The notes below the pieces were generated by a model. That model worked only from the letters and a program-made list of their open reading frames with translations. It searched no databases and was not told the DNA's origin. A stretch of 64,000 nt of DNA from an uncultured Mycoplasmatota bacterium (lineage in GTDB: Bacteria > Bacillota_I > Bacilli_A > RF39 > UBA660). Shown one piece after another: positions 51,866 through 62,552 of the stretch (the stretch's first letter is position 1; the number at the start of each line of letters is the position of its first letter). The stretch covers positions 4,490 to 68,489 of the forward strand of contig CANPIX010000002.1 of assembly GCA_947574215.1 (NCBI GenBank). The letters run 5' to 3'. A program made the position numbers and the translations under genes.

Positions 51866-52228
51866 ATGAATTTTATAGAATTTACTTGTACCTTGTATAA
51901 AAATAGTATAGAAGAATATAAAGAACATTTTAAGAATAAAAGTAAAAATAAAAATAAATTGAATTTTAGAATGTTAAACTTTGACACAACAATTGATAAA
52001 GTAGAGCAAACTTTTTTAAGAGAAAATGAAGAGTATATTTTTTTCTTAGATATTAAAAATAAAAAATGTAAAGTGGTACTCAAAAAAGAAAATATAGATT
52101 TTAACGTTATGGTTGAAGAAGCTACTATGGAGGTATTGAACAATCAAATTATTATAGAGTACTTTATAGAAACAGATGAAGCTAGAAATAAAATTAAAAT
52201 ACAAGAAAGTGGATATGATTATGAATAA
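51866..52228 (+). CDS. DUF1934 (YwiB-like) beta-barrel protein
   Basis: 120 aa, immediately upstream of and overlapping argS, as ywiB is in B. subtilis. The composition is consistent with DUF1934. Confidence 0.55.
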   Translation: MNFIEFTCTLYKNSIEEYKEHFKNKSKNKNKLNFRMLNFDTTIDKVEQTFLRENEEYIFFLDIKNKKCKVVLKKENIDFNVMVEEATMEVLNNQIIIEYFIETDEARNKIKIQESGYDYE

Positions 52229-53906
52229 AGAATTAAAAGAAACAATAAAAAAACTATTTAAACTTGAAAATACTGCTGATATTACTCTATCCAATCGTCC
52301 AGATTTATGTGATTATCAATTCAATGGTACCTTTGAGATAGCTAAACTTTTGCATCAAAACCCTTATGAAATTGGCTTAAAAATAACTGAAGAATTACAA
52401 AAGAAGGAAGAAATACAAAATAAATTTTCTAAAATTGAATGTATAAGACCAGGTTTTATTAATTTTACATTGTCTGATTGTTATATAAATACTTTATTAA
52501 AAGAAATGATAGAAAAAGAAAAATTTAATATTACTTTACCGAAAAAAGAAACCATTATAATAGATTATGGAGGTGCAAATGTTGCAAAACCACTTCATGT
52601 GGGGCATTTAAGACCAGCCATAGTGGGAGAAAGTATCAAACGATTATTAATTTACATGAACCAAAATGTTCTATCTGATGTTCATTTAGGAGATTATGGA
52701 TTACAAATTGGGCAAGTTATATATGGACTAAAGGAAGAAAATATTCATCCAGATGCTATAACTTTAGAAAAACTGTCTGAAATTTATCCTAAAATGAGTA
52801 CGCTTTGTAAGGAATTTGAAAATATAAAAGAAAGTTGTGCAACGATCACTAAAGATTTACAAGATGGTAATGTAGAATATCAAGAGTATTTTAAGAAAAT
52901 TTTGGAAATTTCTAAAAAAGATATTAAAAAAATGTATGATTATTTAGGAGTAAGTTTTGATTATTGGTTGGGAGAATCCGACGCCTATAAGTTTATTCCA
53001 GAAGTAACCAAAAGTTTAGAAGAGGAAAATTTACTAAAAGTGAGTGATGGGGCTAAAATTGTTGCTGTGGAAGAAGAAAAAGATAAATTAACTATCCCTC
53101 CACTAATCTATCAAAAATCCAATGGAGCCTACCTTTATGGCACAACCGATTTAGCAACACTTTGGCAAAGACAAAAAGAAATTCATCCCAATAAAGTATT
53201 GTATGTCACCGATAGTCGCCAAAATCTTCATTTTACACAAGTATTTCGTACCGCAAAAAAAATAAATTTTCTAAAAAATATAGATTGTGAATTTTTAGGA
53301 CTTGGAACTATCAATGGAAATGATGGAAAACCTTTTAAAACACGTGCTGGAAATACACCACGATTAGAAGAGTTATTTCAAGAAACTAAAGAAAACTTTT
53401 TAAATAATGAAAATTACAGTACTGATTATGAAAATGATGACTTAGAAAAAATCATTGGTTCTATTATAAAATTTGCAGATTTACAAAACAATCGTGAAAA
53501 AGAATACATTTTTGACATTGCTAAATTTTCTAAGACTATTGGAAAAACAGGACCTTATATTCTTTATACATACGTTAGAACCCAAAAAATTGTTAAAAAT
53601 AATGATTCTTTTATAGACAACTTATCAAAAACAATATATAATGTTCACGACCGAGAATTAAGATTAAAAATTTTAGAATTAAATGAAATTCTAAACTATG
53701 CCTTTAAAACAAGGATGCCATCGGTAATTGCCAATTATTTGTATGAAATTTGTGTTTTAGTGAATGCATTTTACGAAAACAATCATATTAATAATTTAGA
53801 AGAGATTGAAAAGAAAAAAGATTGGGTTACTCTACTGAATTTAACTCTAGAAGTAATAAAAGATTTACTTGATATATTGATAATAGAAATCCCATCAAAA
53901 ATGTAG
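52221..53906 (+). CDS. argS: Arginine--tRNA ligase
   Basis: The HIGH-class motif ANVAKPLHVGHLR and a DALR anticodon-binding C-terminus. The likely start is MNKELKE (52221), overlapping the ywiB stop. Confidence 0.9.
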   Translation: MNKELKETIKKLFKLENTADITLSNRPDLCDYQFNGTFEIAKLLHQNPYEIGLKITEELQKKEEIQNKFSKIECIRPGFINFTLSDCYINTLLKEMIEKEKFNITLPKKETIIIDYGGANVAKPLHVGHLRPAIVGESIKRLLIYMNQNVLSDVHLGDYGLQIGQVIYGLKEENIHPDAITLEKLSEIYPKMSTLCKEFENIKESCATITKDLQDGNVEYQEYFKKILEISKKDIKKMYDYLGVSFDYWLGESDAYKFIPEVTKSLEEENLLKVSDGAKIVAVEEEKDKLTIPPLIYQKSNGAYLYGTTDLATLWQRQKEIHPNKVLYVTDSRQNLHFTQVFRTAKKINFLKNIDCEFLGLGTINGNDGKPFKTRAGNTPRLEELFQETKENFLNNENYSTDYENDDLEKIIGSIIKFADLQNNREKEYIFDIAKFSKTIGKTGPYILYTYVRTQKIVKNNDSFIDNLSKTIYNVHDRELRLKILELNEILNYAFKTRMPSVIANYLYEICVLVNAFYENNHINNLEEIEKKKDWVTLLNLTLEVIKDLLDILIIEIPSKM

Positions 53907-53917
53907 GAGGAAAATTT

Positions 53918-54346
53918 ATGAAATTAAAAGATTTAAGTCAAGAAGAATTGGAAAATATGTCTTATGACGATATTGCCTTTGTTATTCTTACAGAAAAAAA
54001 TGAGAAAATGAAAATTATTGATTTGTTTCAAGAAATAGGAAAACTAATTCATTTATCACAATCCGTAATCGAAGATAAAATTGGAGATTTTTTTGAAATG
54101 TTAACTTTAGATAAGCGTTTTATTATGCTGGATGACGGTTCGTGGGATTTAAAAACACGTCATGCTCAAAATGTGATCATTGAAGAGGAAGAAGATGACA
54201 TAAGTGTAGAAGAAGTTGAAGATTCTGAAGAAGAAAATGAAGACGAAGAAGTTTTTTATGATGAAAGTGAAGATGACGAAGCAGAAGACGATTTAAAAGA
54301 TTTAGTTGTAATAAGTGATGATGAAGACGAAGAATCCATGTTATAG
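53918..54346 (+). CDS. rpoE: DNA-directed RNA polymerase subunit delta
   Basis: 142 aa. The N-terminal LSQEELENMSYDDIAFVIL...RFIMLDDGSWDL resembles B. subtilis RpoE, and there is a polyacidic C-terminal tail. Confidence 0.75.
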   Translation: MKLKDLSQEELENMSYDDIAFVILTEKNEKMKIIDLFQEIGKLIHLSQSVIEDKIGDFFEMLTLDKRFIMLDDGSWDLKTRHAQNVIIEEEEDDISVEEVEDSEEENEDEEVFYDESEDDEAEDDLKDLVVISDDEDEESML

Positions 54347-54390
54347 CTATTCTTTTTCTTTATAAAACATTATAGAAAGAGGAAAGTACA

Positions 54391-55446
54391 ATGGAAGAAA
54401 GATTAGAGGCTATTTTAAAAAGGTATAAAGAAATTGAAACTGAACTTATGGACCCTAACACGATTGGAGACTTTAAAAAAGTTAGTAAATTATCCAAAGA
54501 ACAAAGTAATTTGGAAGAAATAGTAAAAAAATACGAAGAATACAAAGATGCAAATGAAAAAATAGCAGAAGCTAAATCATTGATGAGCGACGTAGAACTT
54601 CGTGAAATGGCAGAATTAGAGTTAGAAGAACAAACAGAAAGATTCACCAAAATTACAAGTGAGTTGGAAATCTTATTAATACCGAAAGATGAAAACGATG
54701 GTAAAAATGTAATTATGGAAATACGTGGGGCTGCTGGGGGAGATGAAGCAAATATATTTGCTGGAGATCTGTTTAGAATGTATACGTATTATGCAGAAAA
54801 AAATAATTGGAAAATAGAAGTAACGAATGAAATTGCTGGTTCAAGCGGAGGATTTTCTCAAGTAGAATGTATGATTAAGGGAGAAAATGTTTATTCAAAA
54901 TTAAAATATGAAAGTGGAGCGCATCGTGTTCAAAGAGTTCCTGAAACAGAATCGCAAGGTAGAGTACATACATCTACAGCTACAGTAGTAGTTATGCCAG
55001 AGGCAAATGATATCGATATCGAAATAAAAGAAAGCGATTTAAAAATAGATGTTTATCACTCTAGTGGAGCTGGGGGTCAATCTGTAAATACTTCAAATTC
55101 TGCGGTTCGAATTACACATTTACCCACCAATACAGTAGTTACATGTCAAAATGAACGTAGTCAAATGAAAAATAAAGAGCAAGCTATGTCCATATTAAAA
55201 GCGAAAATATATGATAATTTAGAACAGCAGAAAAACAAAGAACTCACTGAAACACGTAAAAGTAAAGTAGGAAGTGGAGATCGTTCGGAAAAAATTAGAA
55301 CTTATAATTATCCTCAAAATCGAGTAACTGATCATCGTATAAATTTTTCTATCATGGAACTTGATCGTGTGATGGATGGTGGATTAGAGCCTATTGTTAC
55401 GGCTTTAATTACAGAAGACCAAAGAAGAAAACTTGAGGGAAAATAA
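54391..55446 (+). CDS. prfA: Peptide chain release factor 1
   Basis: 351 aa. GGQ motif (SSGAGGQSVNT) and a PxT-type recognition region. Confidence 0.9.
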   Translation: MEERLEAILKRYKEIETELMDPNTIGDFKKVSKLSKEQSNLEEIVKKYEEYKDANEKIAEAKSLMSDVELREMAELELEEQTERFTKITSELEILLIPKDENDGKNVIMEIRGAAGGDEANIFAGDLFRMYTYYAEKNNWKIEVTNEIAGSSGGFSQVECMIKGENVYSKLKYESGAHRVQRVPETESQGRVHTSTATVVVMPEANDIDIEIKESDLKIDVYHSSGAGGQSVNTSNSAVRITHLPTNTVVTCQNERSQMKNKEQAMSILKAKIYDNLEQQKNKELTETRKSKVGSGDRSEKIRTYNYPQNRVTDHRINFSIMELDRVMDGGLEPIVTALITEDQRRKLEGK

Positions 55447-56168
55447 TGTTAAAAAACAGGACTTTAACTGATTTAGATATAAAACTTTTAAAAGAAAAAT
55501 ACCCTAATACATATAAAAAGAAAATAGAGAAAGTTGAAAACGGCTATCCAATACAATATATTCTTGGGAATGTCGCTTTTTTAAATGTAGAGATTAAAGT
55601 AAATGAAAAAGTTTTAATACCTCGTTTTGAAACTGAGTATTTTGTAGAAAAAATATTAAAGAAAGTTGATTTAATCCCCAAAAAAAATTTGAAAATGATT
55701 GATATTTGTACTGGTAGTGGATGTATTGCTGTTGCAATAGCCAAAAATACAAAATTTGACTGTGTAGGGATAGATATATGCAAAGAAGCTTTAAAAATAG
55801 CAAAAGAAAATGCTAAGAATAATAATGTGAGTGTAGAATTTAAACAATTAGATATATTAAAAGAAAGCTTAAAAAAAGAATATGACGTTGTCATTGCCAA
55901 TCCACCTTACATTGCCCGAAATGAAAAAGTGGACCCTTCCATAGAATATGAACCTTCTATTGCATTATACGCTGAAGAAGATGGAATACTATTTTATAAA
56001 AAGATATTAGATAAAATAAAAAATAAACCAAAATTAGTCGCGTTTGAAATAGGAGAAAATCAAAGTGAAATTTTATTAGAACTATGTAACCAAAAATTTC
56101 CAACAGGGCGAATCTCTCTAGAAAAAGATTTATGTGAAAAAAAACGTTATATTTTTATAGAACACTAG
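55446..56168 (+). CDS. prmC: Release factor glutamine methyltransferase PrmC (HemK)
   Basis: 240 aa. DICTGSGCIAV and NPPY. It overlaps the prfA stop. Confidence 0.85.
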   Translation: MLKNRTLTDLDIKLLKEKYPNTYKKKIEKVENGYPIQYILGNVAFLNVEIKVNEKVLIPRFETEYFVEKILKKVDLIPKKNLKMIDICTGSGCIAVAIAKNTKFDCVGIDICKEALKIAKENAKNNNVSVEFKQLDILKESLKKEYDVVIANPPYIARNEKVDPSIEYEPSIALYAEEDGILFYKKILDKIKNKPKLVAFEIGENQSEILLELCNQKFPTGRISLEKDLCEKKRYIFIEH

Positions 56169-56284
56169 ATAAACTAAGAATAGAAAAGTGTGTAACATCT
56201 GAAAAACTTGACATTTTAGTCTATAAACTATAAAATGGAATAGAATTAATAACAAAAGTCACATTCCAGTCACATAAAATACAT

Positions 56285-57547
56285 ATGATGTTATTAAATA
56301 AAGGAGTAAATAGTATGATACAATGGATTTACTATATATTATTTATTATTACACTTTTATATGGATTATATTTTGTAATTACAGGATTGTTTGCCTTTAA
56401 AAAAGAGGATGCAAGAAAAATACGTTCATTTAGAGCTAGAGTAAAATTTGCTATTGTAATCGCGGCTAGGAATGAAGCTCAGGTAGTAGGGGATTTAATA
56501 AAAAGTCTGAAAGAGCAAAATTATCCAGAAAATTTGTATGATATTTATACTTTTGTAAATAATAGCAATGACGATACCTTTGCTGTTGCAAAAAAAGCAG
56601 GTGCAAAAACAATTAATGTAACGGTGCCCGTTAAGTCAAAAGGAGATGTTTTAAAATTTGCCTTTTCAAAATTAAAGAAAAAAGATTATGATGCTTACAT
56701 CATTTTTGATGCCGATAATGTTGTTCATCCTGATTTTTTAAAATTAATGAATAACACTTATTTATCTGGTTATAAAGTAGCGCAAGGAAGAAAAGATAGT
56801 AAAAATATTGAAGACAATTGGTTAAGTGCAAGTCATTCTATATTTTATTATATTCAAAATTTTTTCTTCAACAAAGCACGTATGAAAATTGATTCTGCTG
56901 CTGCTATAAATGGAACAGGATTTATGGTAGCTAAAACCATTATAGATGAAGGATTTGAACCAAAGACAATAACTGAAGATATTGAATTGTCTATACAATG
57001 CGTTTTAAAAGGTTATAAAATTGCTTATATAGAAGATGCAATTACTTACGATGAACAAGTTTTAAAATTCATGGATTCTTGGAATCAAAGAAGTCGCTGG
57101 AGTAAAGGGATAATTGAATGTTTTCGTATCTATAGAAAACCATTACTTAAAAAAATTATAAAAGAAAGAGATTTTGCAAGTCTTGATAAATTTATGTTTG
57201 CGATCGCGCCATATTTTCAAGTTTTGGCAGTGGGTCTAATACTTACTTTAGGTGTATTTAATATATTAGGAATAGAATTAAACGATTTATTCTCTTATTT
57301 CTTTTCATTAGGCTATATTTGTTTCATGATTGGATATTTGTGTTGTATTATTATGAATATGTTTGTAATTTTATACTATAAAAGAGATATTGAAACAACA
57401 TTACATGGTATACTATTATTTATGATTTTCTTAATTTCATGGATTCCAATAAATATAATATGTTTATTTAGAAAAGAATTAAAATGGGTATATATTGAAC
57501 ACAATAGAAAGGCCAACATAGATACTTTGGTAAACGAAAACCAATAA
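56285..57547 (+). CDS. Membrane-bound family 2 glycosyltransferase
   Basis: 420 aa. An N-terminal TM and a GT-A domain (AIVIAARNEAQVV, FDADN, a QxxRW-like RSRWSKG) followed by C-terminal TM helices. The real start may be the internal Met at ~56315. Confidence 0.7.
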   Translation: MMLLNKGVNSMIQWIYYILFIITLLYGLYFVITGLFAFKKEDARKIRSFRARVKFAIVIAARNEAQVVGDLIKSLKEQNYPENLYDIYTFVNNSNDDTFAVAKKAGAKTINVTVPVKSKGDVLKFAFSKLKKKDYDAYIIFDADNVVHPDFLKLMNNTYLSGYKVAQGRKDSKNIEDNWLSASHSIFYYIQNFFFNKARMKIDSAAAINGTGFMVAKTIIDEGFEPKTITEDIELSIQCVLKGYKIAYIEDAITYDEQVLKFMDSWNQRSRWSKGIIECFRIYRKPLLKKIIKERDFASLDKFMFAIAPYFQVLAVGLILTLGVFNILGIELNDLFSYFFSLGYICFMIGYLCCIIMNMFVILYYKRDIETTLHGILLFMIFLISWIPINIICLFRKELKWVYIEHNRKANIDTLVNENQ

Positions 57548-57586
57548 AGTGTATAAAAAATTAATAAATAAGACATAATTATTTAG

Positions 57587-58102
57587 GTGAAAAAAATGAA
57601 AAAAATAATTATTGTCTTATTTTTATTTACATTTGTATTTCTCATTTTACACGGAGAAGAAGAATATATTATTCCAAACAACGCGATTCGATTGAGAGTA
57701 GTAGCGAATAGCAATACGTTTGAAGATCAAGCAACAAAAATGGAAATAAAAAATAATATAGAGTCAATTTTAAAAAAAGATTTGATTGATATAAAAAGCG
57801 ATGTAGAAGCTGATCATATAATTAATCAAAAAATTCCTGAAATTAAAACAATGATTGACAACTATGATGTATCCTATAAATTAAATTATGGCCAAAATTA
57901 TTTTCCTGAAAAAAGTTACAAGGGAATTAAATATGAAGAAGGAAACTACGAATCGCTTGTAGTAACACTGGGAAAAGGAAAAGGTGATAATTGGTGGTGT
58001 GTTTTATTTCCTCCACTTTGCTTAATGGATGCCTCTACATCTAGTATGGAAGAAGTAGATTATAAATGGTTTGTACAAGATATATTTAAAAAATATATGT
58101 AA
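57587..58102 (+). CDS. spoIIR: Stage II sporulation protein R
   Basis: 171 aa. IPNNAIRLRVVANSN and GDNWWCVLFPPLC match the SpoIIR conserved blocks. It follows prfA-prmC as in B. subtilis. Confidence 0.85.
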   Translation: MKKMKKIIIVLFLFTFVFLILHGEEEYIIPNNAIRLRVVANSNTFEDQATKMEIKNNIESILKKDLIDIKSDVEADHIINQKIPEIKTMIDNYDVSYKLNYGQNYFPEKSYKGIKYEEGNYESLVVTLGKGKGDNWWCVLFPPLCLMDASTSSMEEVDYKWFVQDIFKKYM

Positions 58103-58148
58103 TTTTATCTTTATCTTCTTAGTATATTTTTACTAGGAGGATTTTTTT

Positions 58149-58685
58149 ATGAAAGAAATTATTACAATAATAACTATAGCTATTGCTTTGAGTATGGATA
58201 CATTTTCTTTGTCTTTAGGAATTGGAACAGGAAAAATATCTAAAAAACGTTGCTTCCTTTTTTCTATAATTGTAGGAATTATGCATTTTTGTATGCCTTT
58301 ACTAGGCAATATAATTGGTCAAAAAATTGTTCAAATTTTTATGCTAAAAAGCAATTTTTTATTGGGAATCATATTAATATATTTAGCATTAACAATGCTC
58401 ATAGAAATAATAAAACCAGAGGAAAAAAACAAAAATATGAATGTAATCAATATGTTTTTGTTTGCTATCGGTGTCTCTATTGATAGTTTTTCTACAGGAA
58501 TTGGACTTTCTGCAATTACAACTAATATGTTTTTGGCTGTTTTCATTTTTTCTGTAACTAGTTTCTGTTTTACTTACATAGGATTATTAATTGGCAAATA
58601 TGCTAATCGTTTATTAGGAGTGTATGCCACTATTTTTGGTGCTATTTTATTAATTATTATTGGAATCTTTCATCTTTTCAAATAG
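58149..58685 (+). CDS. mntP: Manganese efflux pump MntP (UPF0059/DUF204)
   Basis: 178 aa. Six TM segments and the duplicated motif ALSMDTFSLS / GVSIDSFSTG. Confidence 0.8.
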   Translation: MKEIITIITIAIALSMDTFSLSLGIGTGKISKKRCFLFSIIVGIMHFCMPLLGNIIGQKIVQIFMLKSNFLLGIILIYLALTMLIEIIKPEEKNKNMNVINMFLFAIGVSIDSFSTGIGLSAITTNMFLAVFIFSVTSFCFTYIGLLIGKYANRLLGVYATIFGAILLIIIGIFHLFK

Positions 58686-58753
58686 TAAATAATCATGAAC
58701 TCGACAAACCTTTCATAAAATTATATAATTAAATAATAAAGGATCGTGAAAAA

Positions 58754-60010
58754 ATGCAAAAATTAGTAATACAAGGTGGAAACAAATTATCTGGTACAAT
58801 TAAAATAAACGGTGCTAAAAATAGTGTAGTTGCGCTTCTTCCCGCTGCAATATTATCTGATGAAGAGACAACTATCTATAATGTGCCTCAAATTACAGAT
58901 GTTGATGTTTTAAAAGAAATTATAGAATTATTAAATGGGCATTTAGAAGTTTCTAAAGATTCTATTAAAATAGATGCAAAAAATATAAAAAATACTGTGA
59001 TTCCAGAAAATTTATCCAATAAACTTCGTGCTTCCTACTATTTTATGGGAGCTTTACTTTCAAAATTTAAACATGTAGAAATTTATTTTCCAGGAGGATG
59101 CAATTTTGGAGCAAGACAAATAGATTATCATTTAAAAGGATTTGAATCTCTTGGTGCAACAATTACTATGGAAGAAAATAAATTTATAATTGACGCAAAA
59201 GAATTAAAAGGTTGTGAAATTGCTTTAAACTTTGCTAGTGTAGGTGCAACCATTAATTTAATGCTAGCTTCTGTAAAAGCAGAAGGAGAAACTACTATTT
59301 ACAATGCAGCCAAAGAGCCAGAAATTGTAAATGTTGCCTCTTTCTTAAACAATATGGGTGCAAAAATAAGGGGCGCAGGAACAAGTACAATAAAAATAAC
59401 AGGAGTCGAGAAATTAGGATCAGCTATTGTAGATGTTATTCCTGATCGAATTGAAGCTGGTACTTATATAATTGCAGGAGCCTTATTAGGAGATAATTTA
59501 AAAATAACCAACATTATTCCAGAACATCTATCCAGCTTATTAGTTAAGTTAAAAGAAATGAATGTAAAATATGAAGAAACTTCTAATGAAATCACAATTA
59601 GCAAATGTGAGAATCTTCGTGCTACAGATATTAAAACACAAGTGTATCCCGGATATCCAACGGATCTTGCACAACCAATATGTGTTCTTCTAGCAAGCGC
59701 ATTGGGAACCTCGCATTTAACAGAAACGATTTATACAAAAAGAATGGGGCACGTAGAATATCTAAAATGGATGGGAGCTCATATAGAAATTTTAGACAAT
59801 ACAGAAATTATTACGGGTCCTACAAAATTTTATGGGACAGAAGTCGAAGCAAGTGACTTGCGAGCTGGTGCAACACTTTTTCTTGCTGCTTTAGTTGCTG
59901 AAGGAAAGACCTATATTACAAATATTCAATATATTCTCCGAGGCTATGAAAATATCGTAAAAAAATTATCGAATGTTGGTGCTAATATTCATATAGAAGA
60001 AATAGAATAG
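58754..60010 (+). CDS. murA: UDP-N-acetylglucosamine 1-carboxyvinyltransferase
   Basis: 418 aa. KIxGGxxLSGxVxISGAKN is a typical MurA N-terminus and the active-site Cys region (GGCNFGARQID) is present. Confidence 0.9.
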   Translation: MQKLVIQGGNKLSGTIKINGAKNSVVALLPAAILSDEETTIYNVPQITDVDVLKEIIELLNGHLEVSKDSIKIDAKNIKNTVIPENLSNKLRASYYFMGALLSKFKHVEIYFPGGCNFGARQIDYHLKGFESLGATITMEENKFIIDAKELKGCEIALNFASVGATINLMLASVKAEGETTIYNAAKEPEIVNVASFLNNMGAKIRGAGTSTIKITGVEKLGSAIVDVIPDRIEAGTYIIAGALLGDNLKITNIIPEHLSSLLVKLKEMNVKYEETSNEITISKCENLRATDIKTQVYPGYPTDLAQPICVLLASALGTSHLTETIYTKRMGHVEYLKWMGAHIEILDNTEIITGPTKFYGTEVEASDLRAGATLFLAALVAEGKTYITNIQYILRGYENIVKKLSNVGANIHIEEIE

Positions 60011-60012
60011 TA

Positions 60013-60744
60013 ATGAAATTACTATTTTTTAATGGGGGAATTATGAAATACAAAATATTTATTATTATAATTTTAGGAACAATTTTTACGTCGATTATTT
60101 ATTTTCATACAGATAAAGATAATTTAAATGTATTAGCTTTAGGAGATGGAATATCAACTGGTATGACACCTTATCATATTGAAGGATACGATTACAATGA
60201 TTATTTAATTGAATTCTTAAATGAAAATAAACAACTTGAAAACTATTACAAAGGGTACAATGAAGTGGATGAAACAGCAACCAATCTGCTAATCAAAATA
60301 AATAATAATATAGAAAGTATTAATAAAAAAATTAAACTAAAACAAGCCATTAAAGAAGCTGATATCATAACAATTTCTATAGGAATGGATGAACTAAATA
60401 ATTATGCCAAAAAAAATAATTTAGGTTCAACAAAAATAAATGGATATTTAAAAAAATATGAGGAAGTATTAAAAACTTTAAGAAAGTTAAACAATAAAAA
60501 GATTTATATAATAGGTCTTTACGAAACTAATTTTATTAGTTATTCAAAAATAAACAAATTAAACGAAATGTTACAAAATTTGTCAAAGCAATACAATGCA
60601 ATATTTATCGATATTGAAGACATTAAAAAATACAATGAATATTTTGTGAATGAAAAAGATTATTATTTAAATTATAAAGGTCAAGAATATATTTTTAATA
60701 AAATAAGATCTAATTTAGAACAACCAACTATAAAAATTATATAA
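60013..60744 (+). CDS. Membrane-anchored SGNH/GDSL-like hydrolase (possibly degenerate)
   Basis: 243 aa. An N-terminal TM. Block I-like LALGDGIS (GDS to GDG) and a block III-like SIGMDE. No clear DxxH block. Weak call. Confidence 0.4.
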   Translation: MKLLFFNGGIMKYKIFIIIILGTIFTSIIYFHTDKDNLNVLALGDGISTGMTPYHIEGYDYNDYLIEFLNENKQLENYYKGYNEVDETATNLLIKINNNIESINKKIKLKQAIKEADIITISIGMDELNNYAKKNNLGSTKINGYLKKYEEVLKTLRKLNNKKIYIIGLYETNFISYSKINKLNEMLQNLSKQYNAIFIDIEDIKKYNEYFVNEKDYYLNYKGQEYIFNKIRSNLEQPTIKII

Positions 60745-60889
60745 GTAGGTAATATAAAATTTTTAATAGAGAAAATACTTTCAAAATCATAAAATAAATT
60801 AGGGATTGCCAATTCCTTTAAATATGATATAATACTTAAGACAAAGAAATTACTATGCCTAAAAATAGGTATGGCGAAAGGAGCGAATT

Positions 60890-61108
60890 ATGAGAGCAAA
60901 TATTCATCCAGAAATGAAAGAAGCAATGGTAAAATGTGCATGTGGAGCTACTTTTAAAACAAGATCAACTAAAGAAAATATTGAAGTTGAAATTTGTAGC
61001 GAATGTCATCCTTTTTATACAGGAAAACAAGGAAACGCAAAAAGAACTGGAAATATTGAAAAATTTAATCGTAAATACGGCTTAAACAATGATAATAAGA
61101 CTGCATAA
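60890..61108 (+). CDS. rpmE: 50S ribosomal protein L31 (zinc-binding type A)
   Basis: 72 aa. [22 protein letters not shown]...[12 protein letters not shown] carries the Cys motifs. Confidence 0.9.
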   Translation: MRANIHPEMKEAMVKCACGATFKTRSTKENIEVEICSECHPFYTGKQGNAKRTGNIEKFNRKYGLNNDNKTA

Positions 61109-61137
61109 GTCGTTTTTTTATGCTATAATTTGAATGT

Positions 61138-61902
61138 GTGAGAATTATGAGAAAAATAAGATATCTTTTTAAATTGATTAATAAACTAAATGAAAAAACA
61201 AAAAAAAGAAAAATAATTTTATTTTTTGACATTTTATTTTGCAAAATATGTTATAAAGCCACTAGTAAAGATTATGATTATTTTGATATGGTAAATTTAA
61301 CAAATTTTGAAAGAAAAACGATTATTACTAGTGGAATTAACAAAGAATATATAAGAAAATACAACAATCCAAAACACGTAAAAAATTTTAATACGATGTT
61401 ATTTACAAAAACTTTTGAAAAGTATTTAAAAAAAGATGAACTTGAGTTGAAACAATGTCAATCTTTATTAGAAATTTGTCCTAACAGTTTGAATACTGTA
61501 TTGGTGGTTTTATTACTCGGTCAAGTGATTGTAGCTTATCTCCAAGCAGGGGAAGAAAAATTAATGGCTCCAATTGATGTAGAGACTGGATTGGTAACTT
61601 CAAACTTTTATGATAAAAAGAAAAATAGTTATAAAAAACATCCTAATTCTCAAAAAGAAGTTCAAGGTTTTTCTATTCCAAATTGGGATAAAGTAATTGC
61701 ACTTGCTGAACAAGCTGCTTTAGAAGTTCCAGCAATAGGGTATGTTAGTTTTGAAATTGCTATTGAAGAAAATAAATGCTATTTAATTGATGGAAGTTTA
61801 AAACCTAATCATAATTATTACAAACTGGTTCCTCATAAAAACAATAATATAGGATTGTTGCCATTATTTAAAAAGAAAGAAAAAAGGAAAGTGAAAGAAT
61901 GA
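61138..61902 (+). CDS. Hypothetical protein (possible sugar-transfer-associated ATP-grasp-like)
   Basis: 254 aa with no recognisable catalytic motif. It overlaps the rpiB start. The family assignment is a guess. Confidence 0.35.
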   Translation: MRIMRKIRYLFKLINKLNEKTKKRKIILFFDILFCKICYKATSKDYDYFDMVNLTNFERKTIITSGINKEYIRKYNNPKHVKNFNTMLFTKTFEKYLKKDELELKQCQSLLEICPNSLNTVLVVLLLGQVIVAYLQAGEEKLMAPIDVETGLVTSNFYDKKKNSYKKHPNSQKEVQGFSIPNWDKVIALAEQAALEVPAIGYVSFEIAIEENKCYLIDGSLKPNHNYYKLVPHKNNNIGLLPLFKKKEKRKVKE

Positions 61903-62342
61903 AAATATTTATTGGTTGTGATCACCAAGGAGTTGAATTGAAAAAAGAAATTATTAAGCTATTGCAAGAGGATGGCTTTTCTGTTTTTGATACAAAATTA
62001 GAAAATAATGCATTAGATGATTATCCAGATTTTGCTTTTGAAGTAGGTAAGAATATTATAAATAATGAATCTTCTCTTGGGATTTTAATATGTGGAAATG
62101 GAATTGGAATCAGTATTGCTGCTAACAAGATAAAAGGAATACGTTGCGCAAGAGTTTTAAATGAAGAAGATGCTTTTCGTTCCAAAAATCATAATGGGGC
62201 AAATGTGATTGCATTAGGGTCCGATATTTCCTTAGAAAAAGCAATGGAAATCATAAATGTATTTATTAGTACAAAATCGGCAAGTGAAGAAAGACATTTA
62301 AAAAGAATAGAAAAAATCATAAAATACGAAAATGGTGAATAA
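61899..62342 (+). CDS. rpiB: Ribose-5-phosphate isomerase B (RpiB/LacAB family)
   Basis: 147 aa. MKIFIGCDHQG and ILICGNGIGISIAANK. Confidence 0.85.
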   Translation: MKIFIGCDHQGVELKKEIIKLLQEDGFSVFDTKLENNALDDYPDFAFEVGKNIINNESSLGILICGNGIGISIAANKIKGIRCARVLNEEDAFRSKNHNGANVIALGSDISLEKAMEIINVFISTKSASEERHLKRIEKIIKYENGE

Positions 62343-62541
62343 AATGAATTATAAACTTTTAATATATATATTTAATATAATGTTATGTATGTTTTGTTTA
62401 AGTGGAATTCATTATGAAAAAATTATAAAAAAAGATAGAGTTTGGGAAACTAGAATATTAGTTATGATTCTATCTTTTATACTTGCTTATTTACTCACTA
62501 ATTTTTTATGGGATTTTTTAAATGTTAGTAAAATAACGTAA
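62332..62541 (+). CDS. Small hypothetical membrane protein
   Basis: 69 aa with two hydrophobic segments. It overlaps the rpiB stop. Coding status is uncertain. Confidence 0.3.
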   Translation: MVNKMNYKLLIYIFNIMLCMFCLSGIHYEKIIKKDRVWETRILVMILSFILAYLLTNFLWDFLNVSKIT

Positions 62542-62552
62542 GGAGCCTTTTT

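Noticed and set aside
55544-55900. 118-aa and 69-aa minus-strand ORFs inside prmC
   Set aside because: Antisense to prmC, which has clear methyltransferase motifs.
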